Source: Veleropilina oligotropha (taxonomy: Eukaryota). From it: 64,000 nt of DNA. Position numbers and translations under genes: made by a program. The stretch covers positions 62,001 through 126,000 of the forward strand of contig JBEUKZ010000047.1 of the NCBI GenBank assembly GCA_048128005.1, read 5' to 3'. Shown here one piece after another: positions 37,606-51,100 of this stretch. The notes beneath the pieces were generated by a model. That model searched no databases. It worked only from the letters and a program-made list of their open reading frames with translations, and was not told the DNA's origin. Position 1 is the first letter of the stretch. Each line of letters starts with the position of its first letter.

Positions 37606-37925
37606 AACATTTCATGGTGATCAAATGAAGAAAATGGACAGGCTTTTATATCTGTACGAGACTAGCAAGATGCAAATGCCAAAGTTTAAAATCATATTAT
37701 AAACGTGATTCATTATAAAGAAGTTATTTTTGTTGTTCATTATTTTGTTTTTTTATGGGCTAAACATGCCCTCTTTGTTGGTGTATTTGATTATTTGAAC
37801 AATAATTGTTGTTGGTAATTTGACAGGCAAGTGCTCAATATTATACTATCGTGAACATTTTTATATTTTATATACATGTTGATGAATATATGGTGAGGCT
37901 ACTTTGGGCCTACCCAGATATTATT
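37606..37925 (+). repeat. Imperfect duplicate of about 37143-37495 (3' end of the Myb-like gene)
   Basis: ACATTTCATGGTGATCAAATGAA, GCAAGATGCAAATGCCAAAGTTT and TATTTGATTATTTGAACAAT each occur twice in the same order. Confidence 0.7.
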
Positions 37926-38655
37926 TTATTTTAAAGTTATAATTATTAATGAAAAACAGTTGTTTTCTTTCTTTAAATGTGTTTCACAAGTGCCACATTT
38001 TAACCTGTACATGTAAGTCACTTTGTCCCAATATCAAAAACTGTCACATACTTTGTTCTCGTATGTATTTTTGTTAAATATTTCTTATTTTTATGAAATG
38101 TCGTCTGTCCATTCGTCCACATTTTTGGGCCCAATATATGATTATCTCTTTTTATAACTAAATTTCTTAAAAAATATTTGGCATAATCACCATCAGATTC
38201 ATATGTAGTTGTGCACCTGTATTCATAATTTTAATTCATCATTTTTTGTACGAGGTTTTTATGGACCTTTCTGCATTTTAATCTTGTCCGGACATCTGCT
38301 CCCTAAGTTTCAAAACAACTCTCACCTGTTTTTGTTGGGACCCAAATATAATGTCTTTTTACATGATCTTGTTATTTTTATTTTCGAATGTTATTATTTT
38401 TATTTGAGATTTTGTTGTAGTTAACAACATTTTACTGTTGTCCTATGTAGGACCATGCTTTAAGTTTTAATATTAAAAGTTCAATGTTAAAAAAAAAGTA
38501 AATACTTTGTCCATTTCTTGCACATGTAAACATGTGACGTTTGTAGCCCACCTTTATCAGATAGTGGGTTATTCAAATCACTTTTATTTCTCTCTATCTG
38601 AAACTTTGATTTGAATAAGAAGTTTTACCACCACTTTTAACAATTTTCAGTCGTA

Positions 38656-38819
38656 TCGCAGTCGGGACCCTTGGTTTAACGTCTCTATCCGATCAGACGG
38701 TTTTGTCTACAGCACCCAACCAGGATTCGATGATGGTCACCCATCCAAATACTGACCGGGCTCAGCGTTGATTAACTTCGATGGTCTGTCGGAATTGGTG
38801 CGTTCAACGCTGTTTGGCC
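38656..38819 (-). mobile_element. 5S rRNA-derived SINE fragment with a Deu/Nin-like core
   Basis: Minus strand GGCCAAACAGCGTTGAAC...GAAGTTAATCAACG...CCCGGTCAGTATTTGGATGGGTGACC...GGTGCTGTAGAC resembles 5S rRNA (A and C boxes). It is followed by CGGATAGAGACGTTAAACCAAGGGTCCCGACT. Confidence 0.7.
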
Positions 38820-38960
38820 TTATCAAAGTTAGTTCACCACGATCTATAATATTTGACCTTGGACCTTAGATGCTGGAGTATGGTTTGCGGATTGGCACAT
38901 GCAATTGAATATGGCATGTACGTAGTTCATGTACGATAATTGAGTGATAGCAACATACAA

Positions 38961-39838
38961 CCCCCCCCCCCCCCATCGGTTAGGGGTTAGAATATGCCGA
39001 CTGCTTTCTCTGCAGAGTGGCACTCCTACTTGCTTAAAGGGGAGCCTCCACCTGAGTGTATTCCTTGTGCAACTGCCCTAACAATTAAACATATATTATT
39101 GGATTGTGTCGATTTGGAACTCGCACGCCAAATGCACTTTAGGGCAAACTCACTCCAAGAGTTATTTAAATTTACTCAGCTCGAAAATATATTTGAGTTT
39201 TTAAAACAAGTAAATATATTTTACAAGTTATAATTTTATATTTTATTTCACAAATTTGATATCTTGTTTTTATTATTATACTTGTTTTTTATTTTATTCC
39301 TTGCATATTTATATCTTTTTAACCTGTAAATATACCATGTTATGTTCCCTTTTATTGATTTGCTTTATCCAAATTTGCATTGCCTATTTTACTTGTAAAT
39401 ATATTGATTCGTTTTTATTATTTTTCACGTTTTATTTTATTGATATTTTATTATTAAATATGTATCACAACTTTTATCATTTTATATTAAACTATTATAT
39501 AATTAACTTGACCGACCCGATTATGACCATTATAGTGTCGGCGTGGTCGTTAAACACCAATTCAATTCTGCAGAGTGGTAAAATCCCCCCAAATGGGAGC
39601 CACCTGTTTGCCGTGGGTGGCGACCCGTGATGTTGGAGAAGAGGATCCTGGTAGTCGAGCTTGGCCTCGGATTCAGCTAGACGGGAGGTCAGATAGGCCC
39701 TATCTGATCAATCGGCTTGTCACGCCGTGCCCTGGGATAATTTAACATTTTAAACATAACATCATTTAAATGTTACTTTTTAAAACATGTCATATCATAG
39801 ATCACTTACCATCCATTGATCTATATCCCAGAAGGCGG
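38961..39838 (+). mobile_element. LINE-A 5'UTR fragment containing a nested LINE-A 3' fragment
   Basis: Poly-C followed by ATCGGTTAGGGGTTAGAATATG. It resumes at 39567 and is cut at GAAGGCGG by the next copy. Confidence 0.85.
39021..39566 (+). mobile_element. Short 5'-truncated LINE-A with 12-bp TSD
   Basis: TCTGCAGAGTGG at 39009-39020 and 39567-39578. Contains the ORF2 end, 3'UTR and tail. Confidence 0.92.
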
Positions 39839-40388
39839 ACCCCCAGTCGGTTAGGGGTTAGAATATGCCAACTGCTCTCCCTGCAGAGGGGTAAGATCCC
39901 CCCAAATGGGAGCCACCTGTTTGCCGTGGGTGGCGACCCGTGGGTGGCGACCCGTGATGTTGGAGAAGAGGATCCTGGTAGTTGAGCTTCGGCCTCGGCT
40001 GAATCAACACACTACTTTGGCCTCGGATTCAGCTAGACGGGAGGTCAGATAGGCCCTATCTGATCAATCGGCTTGTCACGCCATGCCCTGGGATAACTTA
40101 ACATTTAACCTTAACATCGATCAATATAATCTAATATTACACATTGAATACCACAGATCATATAACATCTATTGATCTATATCCCAGAAGGCGGTGGCTG
40201 AAGGGTCAATCAAGTGAGGAATGAATGGTGGGAAGCACACTTCCCACCACTAATATTCATTACTTATTTGAGTATATCACCCGGGTATCCCTGGCATTGG
40301 GTGCTGGAACTCTGCACCCATTAAATCCCCCTTGTTGGGCTCCGGGGTGGGCGGGAACCTCGGGTGACGAATCACTACAAACAACACT

Positions 40389-41881
40389 ATGGCACAAAAA
40401 ACATTTAATCGCGCACCTAAACGTCGAAAAGACTTATCGCTCGACTCCAATTATGATGATGATGACGCTAAATTTATGGCCGCTTTCCGGTCGATTCCTT
40501 TTGATCCTGACAGGGAGGCTCCATATCAGCCTGACCTTCCAACTCCTATTCCGGAAAGTTGGCCCCGTTTTTTGATGGTGGAATCTAAAAATGATACTCC
40601 GATTACATCTTTGAGTCCGTTCGGCATTTCCAAGGCCATTCTTGGCCTGGCTGGCGAACCGAGATCCGTCAAAAAACTTCGCGATGGCACCCTGCTGGTC
40701 GAATGCGCCAGGAAGAGCCATGCAGAGAATCTCTTAAGAACGTCAAAATTTGTGTATATCCCCGTTGACATTCGACCGCATCGGTCTTTGAACACCACCA
40801 AGGGAGTTATAAGATCTAGGGATCTGCAGGGATGCAGCGAACTAGAACTACTGGAAGGCATGAGGAGTCAGGGTGTAACTAAGGTTACACGCCTGACCAT
40901 GTTCAAGGAGGGCAAAAGAGTGCCCATCAACACCATCATCTTGGACTTCAGCCTTCCAGTGCTTCCAAAATATGTGAAAGCTGGTTACATCAACATCCCT
41001 GTGGACCCTACATACCGAACCCCTTGAGATGCTTCAAATGCCAGGCATTTGGGCATCAAAAAGACCGATGTAAGAGAAACTCTGCATGTGCCCGTTGCAG
41101 CGAGGAGGGTCATGACAGTGACTCCTGCTCCAATACACCTTTATGCTGCAATTGCAGGGGTAAGCATTTTGCTTACTCCAAGGACTGCCCGAAGTGGAAG
41201 CATGAGAAAGAGATACAAAGGGTTAAAACCATCGACCGTATCTCTTTCCCTGATGCTAGGAAACTGGTGGAATCCAGGACTCCTTCGGGTAGATCCTATG
41301 CCGCAGTTGCTACAGCAAAGGAGCAGAAGCCCATCACTCGATCCTCTTCGACGCAAACTGACATAACCTGGCCATTTGGTGAAGCATTCTTCAGTACTTT
41401 GCCATCCCAAAACAAATCATCATCAGAATCAACTCAAACATTAAAACAAATCAAACCGATTAAACCTTCAAATAAACTTACTCGCAACTCAAAAAAGGAG
41501 ACTGCTGCTGTTTCTAAAGCAGCAGTCCCAAGAAGAACTAACATTAAGCCAGATAGACAGCCCAAAGGGTCCGAGGACCCTATTAAGCTGCATAATCGCT
41601 TTGATCATCTGATGGATACCATCGAACCATCAGATGACCAAAGCGATCCTGACACCATCATCAAAGAACTTACCGCTGACATAGTTGCTGCTGCTACCGA
41701 GAAGGGTAGGAATGCAGCAGCAGCAGCAGTCAAACTAAAGCTAAACCGACAGACCAAGGTGGTGGATGATCCACCCCTACCACCACCGTCTGTCGACGAT
41801 CCAATGGACGATAAACCATTGGATCGGCCAGCGGCAAAGCCCATACCTCCAAAAAAGCCCGTACTTCCACCAAACAAGTAG
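40389..41881 (+). pseudogene. LINE-A ORF1 (gag-like), one frameshift near 41015
   Basis: WPRFL and VKKLRDGTLL in ORF 40389-41027. CCHC knuckles in ORF 41024-41881. Confidence 0.85.
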
Positions 41882-41927
41882 TAAAGCACTACACGAAATA
41901 CTTACATAAATACACCAACAACGCAAC

Positions 41928-44214
41928 ATGACAGGTACACTAATACAATGGAATTGTAGAGGCATTAAACCGAATATTGATGAGATCAATTTACTAATAC
42001 AAGACCACAAACCTATAGCATTTTGTCTCAATGAAACTTACATGAAACTCACAGACAACATACGCATTAAAGATCACTCACTATATAATCACATTGTCAC
42101 CACAGGTGACAAGGCTACAGGGGGGGTTTCAATCATCATCAACAACAGAACACCACACAGTCAGGTCAACTTAAACACCAACTTACAGGCAGTAGCGGTG
42201 AAAATATCGACTCACCGAGTAATAACTATTTGCTCGGTATACTTACCACCTAGCATAAACATACATCCTACTGACCTTGACGATCTCATCAATCAGCTAC
42301 CGACCCCATTTGTACTGTGTGGCGATTTTAACGCCCATAGTACTGATTGGGGCGGTACTGACACAGATAAACGGGGACATCAAATAGAGGACTTTATTGG
42401 GAGACACAATTTGTGCCTATTTAATACTACCAAATCGCCAACGTACATGCATCCACCTACAGGCTCACTTACCACCATTGACCTTACCATGTGCGACCCA
42501 TCTGCTTTCCTGGACTTTACTTGGAAAGTTGGTGAGGACCTCCGCAGAAGCGACCACTTTCCAATTTTCCTGGAAAGCACAATTAACCAAGCACAAATAT
42601 ACACTGAAAGGTGGAAACTTCGCAAAGCAGATAGGCCAAAATTCCAATCTCTTTGCGAAGAGCAATTACACACAGACCACTTTACTAATGGCGAAGACCC
42701 AATATCAAGTTTATCTATAACATTACACGACATTGCAACGCTATCAATTCCAAAGACCTGTCCAAATGCCAAATACAAAAATAAACCTTGGTTTAATGAA
42801 GACTGCAGACAAGCAATCAAAGCACGCATACATGCAATTTCAACATTTGAACAGCACCCAACACTACACAATCTTAATAGCTTTAGGCTATTAAGAGCAA
42901 AAGCCAGACGTACCATCAAGCAAAGCAAATGGGAATCCTGGCATTCCTACATTACCAAACTAAACTCTCGTTCCACTATTAAAAAAACATGGGATATGAT
43001 CCGTAAAATCAGCGGCAAGCATACACCCAACTGCATCAAGCACCTTAAAACAAACAATTCAGAAGCCAACACAGCTAAAGACATCGCAAACACCTTGGCA
43101 GACACATTTTCTGCCAATTCATCATCCGACAACTGCACCCCAAAATTTAGCCGTTTTAAACATCAAAAAGAAAAAACAAGGCTCCATTTTAGATCAAACA
43201 ATACCGAGTCATACAATCAGCCATTTTCACACAGGGAACTCACAGATTCACTAAACAAGGCACATGACACATCAGTTGGCCCTGATGACATTCACTATCA
43301 ATTACTTAAGCACTTACCTGGAACATCATTTACAACTCTACTTGCAATATTCAATACTATCTGGGAAACGGGAACCTTCCCTCCTTCTTGGAGGGAAGCT
43401 ACAATTATCCCAATTGCAAAGGCGGGAAAAGATACATCACATCCCAACAGTTATCGACCCATAGCCCTGACGAGTTGTATTTGTAAAACCATGGAAAGGA
43501 TGACAAACGAGAGATTAGTTTGGTACTTAGAATTAAATAATTTACTTACAGAATATCAATGTGGGTTCCGGCGCAACCGGAGCACCACAGATCACTTGGT
43601 ACGTCTGGAAACTTTTGTTCGTGAGGCCTTCCTAAACAGACAACATTTAGTTGCTGTTTTTTTCGATCTAGAGAAGGCCTACGACACTACTTGGAAGTAC
43701 GGGATTATGAATGATTTGTTTGAGTTTGGTTTAAAGGGCCACTTGCCCAATTTTATTTCGAAATTCCTTGAGGATAGAAATTTTCAAGTCAAGGTGGGTG
43801 ACACCCTCTCCGATATCCACGACCAGGCGATGGGTGTCCCTCAAGGAAGTATTTTATCAGTCACCATATTCAGTATTAAAACAAACAGTATCGTCAAATG
43901 TATTAGTACTGGCACTGACTGTTCATTGGTTGTTGACGATTTTGGCATTTGCTATCGTTCAACAAATATGAACAGTATAGAACGCCAGCTACAACATGGC
44001 CTAAATAAATTGCAGACATGGTCCGATGAGAACGGATTCAAATTCTCAAAGGACAAAACTAAATGAATGCACTTCTGCCAGTGTCGTGAAATACATGACG
44101 ACCCTATGTTGAAGCTGGATGACTTTGAGATTCCAGTGGTAGATCGATTTAAATTTTTAGGCCTTGTATTTGACCGAAAACTGTCTTTCATACCGCATTT
44201 AAAATACATTAAAG
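41928..44214 (+). pseudogene. LINE-A ORF2, APE-RT, premature stop at 44066 and truncated
   Basis: APE and RT motifs present. TGC to TGA change at 44064-44066. Confidence 0.88.
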
Positions 44215-45509
44215 GTGCACCCTCACTTTCACATTTCTTTAAAAACCATGTTGCTGTGTAGTAATATGTTTATTATAATGGTGGACAAAATTTCAGCCTT
44301 TTATAAAACATTTTAACGCTGTTATCGCGATATAACAAATCGGCTATCCCGTAACTAAATCTAGCCGACCAGAAATTAGAAATGGGACGTGCTATATATA
44401 GTGCTGGAGGTCACGTGGGTAATTTGGCATGTAAACAACTGGCTGGTGAACGAGAATTTGCTAACGGTCGCAGGCTGTTATAGGAAGGAATTACGACTAA
44501 TTAATAAACATCTGTTGAACAACAAATTGGTTTGTAGACTGACTTTTACAGTGAAAACGCAGACGAAATATATATATTGCGTGCACGTGTCTGATAAATA
44601 AATAATATTCACTAAGTAAGTCAGTGCACGAAGACTGGGACCCGACGAATGCCCCCAGAATGAAAACGAGCCTAATTGTCATGGTCATTACCTACACAAA
44701 TTTTATAATAGTATTACACAACAAGAAGGATTTAATATTTCCGAATACACATGAATTACTTTTTTCAAACTATGTACAATCATTAATTATGTGTTCACTC
44801 TGTGCCGTTGACCTGCATGGCCCGCTTTCTGAGTCCGTCTGTTGGTGGGTTAGAGCGCCCTGTATATAGGCCGCGTTGGGTATGTCTCGCACATTCGTCG
44901 GATCCTCGTACACCGCATCTCTTCGATTTTTGTAATGATGCATTGCATATATGTATGTATGTACCTTAATTGCTTTGTCCGTATCATTGGGATCAGGGTC
45001 ACCGTTTGATATGTTTTTTAAACACATCTGATAGGATGCCCATCACATTCACCGTGAAAATCCCACTTATTTTATTTCATTCTGTTACTACTGTTTTAAA
45101 TGTGTTTTATTGCACAACAATTGTATTATTATACACCTTGTTGCCTCCACAGTGGCCAGATCACCATTATAAATCCAGTTGATAAACTGCAGTGTTTCTG
45201 TTCCCGTATTATATAATACTAATTTGTAATCTGGGTCGAAGACACATATAAAAATAGTACACACCCATGTAATGGTGGTCCTAACTGTCCAAAGGAGTGG
45301 GTTTGCATATATATTCGAGGCTTTCCTGACGATATGACATCGACATGACCACAGATGTTAACAGGTAACAAAACATCAACTACTTTGTTCGTCTTTCATG
45401 TATTACATAAAAATTCATGTTGAAATGGTATTTTTTTCTAATTGTCATTATTGAGGATTACATTAAACTGGAGGTTGCCCACTTTTGACAGTTTTTCAGT
45501 CTTATCACA

Positions 45510-45675
45510 TACTGTCAAAGCACCCGGTTTAAGGTTTCACTCTGATCCGAGCATATGCCTTCTATTATTTTAAGTTGTAGAATTAGCAGCCGGTTGGGCT
45601 CGCCCTGGGTTAGCCCAAATGATCCCAACAGTCTCGGTCGTGTCCGAATCCCTAACCACTGACCAACCACAGCCG
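45510..45675 (-). mobile_element. Possible degenerate tRNA-headed SINE with a Deu/Nin-like remnant
   Basis: Minus strand GGCTGTGGTTGGTCAGTGGTTAGG (A-box-like) and GGATCAGAGTGAAACCTTAAACCGGGT. Confidence 0.3.
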
Positions 45676-46034
45676 CTTATTGAAGATTGTAAGACTTCAT
45701 ATTCTTCAACAGGCCTTTAAGAGATATGCAGTATGTGAGAGCATTAAATATTTAGTTAGTTTCATATTATAAATCTGACATTACACCTGCAACCCATAAT
45801 CCCTGTCAAAATTGTTATCCATAGCCTTCTCCATCTCCATCGTACCCAAAAAGTGCCTTCAATCAACAACAATTCAGAGCTAAAATAGATTGATATTGCA
45901 TTACGTTTTTGTACTCTAATCTTTTTATCTTTCATGTTGCACATGTGATTTTATGTCATAGAAACAGCATGATAAAAGCACAGAACAAATCATATGACTG
46001 ATTACAACAGTTTCCTAATCTTTTATCTAGACGG

Positions 46035-46110
46035 GGGGCTCGATGTTGTGCGCCTCCTCGCGGTGGGCCCTGGATAGGGGAACGAAAGTTCCCTGAACGA
46101 AATGCACAAC
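46035..46110 (+). ncRNA. HDV-like ribozyme, second LINE-B copy
   Basis: Same fold as 28916-28991. Differences (L3 UCCUCGC, P4 loop GAAA versus GCAA) preserve the structure. Confidence 0.88.
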
Positions 46111-46633
46111 CAGGTCGTTTGCCGTGACCTGCGACCTACTGTCGAGGGAGAGTGGGATCCTGGTGGTTGAGGGGCAAAGATGCTGGTATTACCCGTCTTT
46201 GACCCAACACACCACTTTGGCCCATGATTCCTCTAGAGTGGTAAATGGATGGGCCCGGTCCATTCAATCGGCTGGTAATGCCATGCCCTAGATTGCAGGC
46301 GACATAGTTATATGCCAGTTTTAACATCTTTCATTTTGGCAAGTAACTCAATTTTATTATCATCATAAACTATCATTCATAATTGTATATATATACTGTA
46401 AATAGTTTGGCCTGTAGTATATAAGGCGGTTGCTCATGGGTCAATCTGGTATTATTGACCGCTTAGATCTTTGGGTTTTATCTAAAGCTTCTTATGTCAT
46501 TAATAATGGAGTATAATGCATTTGTATCCCCGGTGTCTGCCTGCCGGTTACCAGCAGGCTTATGGACATCGCCCTTGTTGGCACTCCATGGTGGGTGGGG
46601 AGCAGATGCATCGAATTACATACAAACAAAACC

Positions 46634-48096
46634 ATGGCTAAAAACAAACCCACCACCACTAAAAGACTGAGAGAAGATTCGCCACCCTCGTCTGACGAGG
46701 ATGACATTCAAAATTCATATAATTCGACTAACTGGCCACGCTTTTTGCTTCTGTCAGGAATTGAAGGAAACGCCACGAAACATCCCCTAACGAAAAATCA
46801 TTTTGTCATAGCTAAGACTATTGAAAGTATTGCAGGAACTGTCAAAAGTGTGAAAAGATTGAGAGACGGAAACCTTCTTATTGAATGTAATAGAAGGCAA
46901 CAGTCTCTCAATCTTTTAAAGATCGAGACCTTTGCTAATGCAGCTGTATGCGTAAAACCTCATACTTACCTGAATACTTCAAAAGGTATCGTTAGGGATC
47001 GTGACCGATGCCTTCAATGACAGAACGCGAGATCGAATATGAGTTGCAACAACAGGGTGTTATTAATGTCAGACGCTTTTCCATTACAAAAGACGGCTCC
47101 AAAATTCCTACTAACACTTATCTCATGACCTTTGAAACCTCTATTCGACCTACCCATATCACTGCTGGTTACAATCGCATCGAAGTGGATGTGTACTATC
47201 CCAATCCACTTCGGTGCTTTCGATGCCAAAAGTATGGTCATGGTGCAAATAACTGCACAAATATGGAGAGGTGTTTCCGCTGTGGAAGTGATGAACACAC
47301 GAGTGGCAGTATTTACAAATGCGAGGCCCAACCAAAATGTGTCAACTGTAATGGGGAACACCCTGCATCATCCAAACAGTGCCCAAAGTGGATTTGGGAG
47401 TCCAAAATCACACGCCTGAAAACAGATAAAAATATTTCATATCCTGAGGCTAAAAAACTTGTATCATCTGAGTCAGCCCAGTCGTTTTCATCTGTTGTTC
47501 GCTCATTGGTCCAAAAGCAGTCGATTACCACCGCTTCTGCTGCTTGTCAGACGGATCTGACATGGATCTCCAATGAACGACCAACAAGATTAAATAATCC
47601 AAATCCACCCTCCACAGCGAAAACATCTCCAGCATCATCACAAACTAACAGCACCCACCCTGATGTTCCAACTCAAAGTACGTCAAATTCTAAATCATCT
47701 ACTAAGCCTTCTCAATCATATTCTAGATCTCGATCTACTACCCCGTCGCGATCATCAAACCAATCTCGATCAAGAAAAAAGTCTCCCAATTTAGGGAGTA
47801 AGCCCCAGTCGGGGCGTCCTAAAAAGGGTCAGGACGACCCAATCAAATTACATAATAGATTTGAAGAATTAGAGCCAGAGTTAATGGAGTTTGCCGCTGA
47901 CATAGTTGCTGCCGCTACCGAGAACGGTAGGAAGGCAGCAGTTAAAGCAAAGTTAAACCGACAGACTAAGGTGGTGGATGATCCACCATTACCACCACCA
48001 ACTGTCGACGATCCAATGGATGACGATAAATCATTGGATCAGTCATCGGCAAAGCCAAAAACTCCAAAAAAGCCCGTACTTCCACCAAACAAGTAG
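46634..48096 (+). pseudogene. Chimeric ORF1 (LINE-B N-terminus and knuckles fused in frame to the LINE-A C-terminus), frameshift near 47017
   Basis: B-like up to ...ELMEF, then A-like AADIVAAATE...PVLPPNK. Confidence 0.85.
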
Positions 48097-48143
48097 TAAA
48101 TAAAAGCAAAGCACTATACACGACTTATTTACATAAACACAAC

Positions 48144-51100
48144 ATGACAGGTTCACTAATACAATGGAATTGTAGAGGCATTAAACCGAATATCGATGAG
48201 ATCAATTTACTAATACAAGACCACAAACCAATAGCAGTTTGTCTCAATGAAACTTACATGAAACCCACAGACAACATACGCATTAAAGATCACTCGCTTT
48301 ATAATCACATTGTCACCACAGGTGACAAGGCTACAGGGGGGGTTTCAATCATCATCAACAACAAAACACCACACAGCCAGGTCAACTTAAACACCAACCT
48401 ATAGGCAGTAGCGGTGAAAATATCGACTCACCAAGTAATAACTATTTGCTCTGTATACTTACCACCTAGCATAAACATACATCCTACTGACCTTGACGAT
48501 CTCATTAATCAGCTACCGGCTCCATTTATATTGTGTGGCAATTTTAACGCCCACAGTACGGATAGGGGCGGTACTTATACAGATAAACGGGGACATCAAA
48601 TAGAGGACTTTATTGGGAGACACAATTTGTGTCTATTTAACATCGCCAACATACATGCATCCACCTACAGGCTCACTTACCACCATTGACCTTACCATGT
48701 GCGACCCATCTGCTTTCCTGGACTTTACTTGGAAAGTTGGTGAGGACCTCCACGGAAGCGACCACTTTCCAATTTTCCTGGAAAGCACAATCAATCAAGC
48801 GCAAGAACATACAGAAAGGTGGAAACTTCGCAAAGCAGATTGGGAGAAATTCCAATCTCTGTGCGAAGAGCAATTACACTCGCATCAATTAACTCATGGC
48901 GAAGACCCAATATCAAGTTTCTCTACAACACTACATGACATTGCAACGCTCTCAATTCCAAAAACCTGTCCAAATGCCAAGCACAAAAATAAACCTTGGT
49001 TTAATGAAGACTGCAGACAAGCAATCAAAGCACGCATACATGCAATTTCAACATTTAAACAGCACCCAACACTACACAATCTTAATAGCTTTAGGCTATT
49101 AAGAGCAAAAGCCAGACGTACCATCAAGCAAAGCAAAAGGGAATCCTGGCATTCCTACGTTACCAAACTAAACTCTCGTTCCACTATTAAACAAACATGG
49201 GATATGATCCGTAAAATCACCGGCAATCATACACCCAACCGCACCAAGCACCTTAAAACAAACAACTTAGAAGCCAACACAGCTCAAGACATCGCAAACA
49301 CCTTGGCAGACACATTTTCTGCCAATTCATCATCCGACAACTGCACTCCAAAATTCAGCCGTTTTAAACATCAAAAAGAAAAAACAAGGCTCAATTTTAG
49401 ATCCAACAACACAGAGTCATACAATCAGCCATTTTCACAAAAGGAACTCGCAGATTCACTAAACAAGGCACATGACACATCAGTTGGCCCTGATGACATT
49501 CACTATCAATTACTTAAGCACTTACCTGCAACATCACTTACAACTCTACTTGCAATATTCAATACTATCTGGGAAACTGGAACCTTCCCTCCCTCGTGGA
49601 GGGAAGCTACAATTATCCCAATTGCAAAGGCGGGAAAAGATACATCAAATCCTAACAGTTATCGACCCATAGCCCTGACGAGTTGTATTTGCAAAACCAT
49701 GGAACGGATGATAAACGAGAGATTAGTTTGGTATCTTGAATCAAATAATTTACTTACAGAATATCAATGTGGGTTCCGGCGCAACCGGGGCACCACAGAT
49801 CACTTGGTACGTCTGGAAACTTTTGTTCGTGAGGCCTTCCTAAACAGACAACATTTAGTTGCTGTTTTTTTCGATCTAGAGAAGGCCTACGACACTACTT
49901 GGAAGTACGGCATTATGAAGGATTTGTTTGATTTTGGTTTAAAGGGCCACTTGCCCAATTTTATTTCGAAATTCCTTGAGGATAGAAATTTTCAAGTCAA
50001 GGTGGGTGACACCCTCTCCGATATCCACGACCAGGAGATGGGTGTCCCTCAAGGAAGCATTTTATCAGTCACCCTATTCAGTATTAAAATAAACAGTATC
50101 GTCAAATGTATTAGTGCTGGCACTGACTGTTCATTATTTGTTGACGATTTTGGCATTTGCTATCGTTCAACAAATATGAACAGTATAGAACACCAGCTAC
50201 AACATGGCCTAAATAAATTACAGACATGGTCCGATGAGAATGGATTTAAATTCTCAAAGGACAAAACTAAATGCATGCATTTCTGCCAGCGTCGTGAAAT
50301 TCATGATGACCCTGTGCTAAAACTGGATGACTTTGAGATTCCAGTGGTGGACCAATTTAAATTTTTAGGCCTTATATTTGACCGCAAACTGACTTTCATA
50401 CCTCATATAAAATACATCAAAGCCAAATGCAAAAAGGCTTTAAATATAATGAAAGTAATTTCTAATACTGAATGGGGTGCTGATAAAACAGTTTTATTAC
50501 GACTATATAGATCATTAATTAGATCAAAACTTGATTATGGGAGCATAGTATATGGCTCTGCTCGCCATTCATATCTTAAAATGCTTGATCCAATCCATAA
50601 TCAAGGGCTTCGACTTGCATTAGGGGCTTTTCGCACATCACCCATGGAAAGCCTCTATGTCGAAGCCAATGAACCATCTCTTACACTCAGACGCGAAAAA
50701 TTATCACTACAATATGCAATAAAATTAAAATCAAATCCATCTAACCCAGCTTTCGAAAATGTCTATACACCAAATTACGAAAATCTATTTCAGGCAAAAC
50801 CAAACAAAATTGCACCGTTTGGCATCCGCATAAAACCAGCACTAGAAAACGCAGGCATACATGTAGGTCAAATTAAAACAAATCACATTCCGGATACTCC
50901 ACCATGGACACTAAAAGTACCGGTAATTGATCTACAACTTACATCACTCAAAAAATCAAACACAGACACATCAGATTATCTCACAAAAGTGCACGATCTG
51001 AAATTAAAATATTCAGATCGTGCAAGCATATACACAGATGGTTCAAAAGATGCAGAATTAGTAGGAGCAGCCGCTGTCACTGGCAGACAATGTTTTCAAA

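Larger units (their letters stand above)
39840..44214 (+). mobile_element. LINE-A with complete 5'UTR and ORF1, 3'-truncated within RT
   Basis: 5' terminus, ORF1 40389-41881 and ORF2 from 41928. Homology stops at TACATTAAAG. Confidence 0.93.

Noticed and set aside
38060..38600. Possible additional HINE relics (GTCC microsatellite, TTTGTAGCCCACC...GTGGGTTA)
   Set aside because: Too degenerate to define boundaries.
39925..39955. 14-bp tandem duplication GTGGGTGGCGACCC
   Set aside because: Present in one copy only; ordinary slippage.
44209..45720. Possible Kolobok-like element starting TTAA-AGGTGCAC that truncates LINE-A, with CCTTTAA at 45714-45720
   Set aside because: No matching TIR beyond AGG/CCT, LINE-A does not resume, and only vague THAP-like hints are present.
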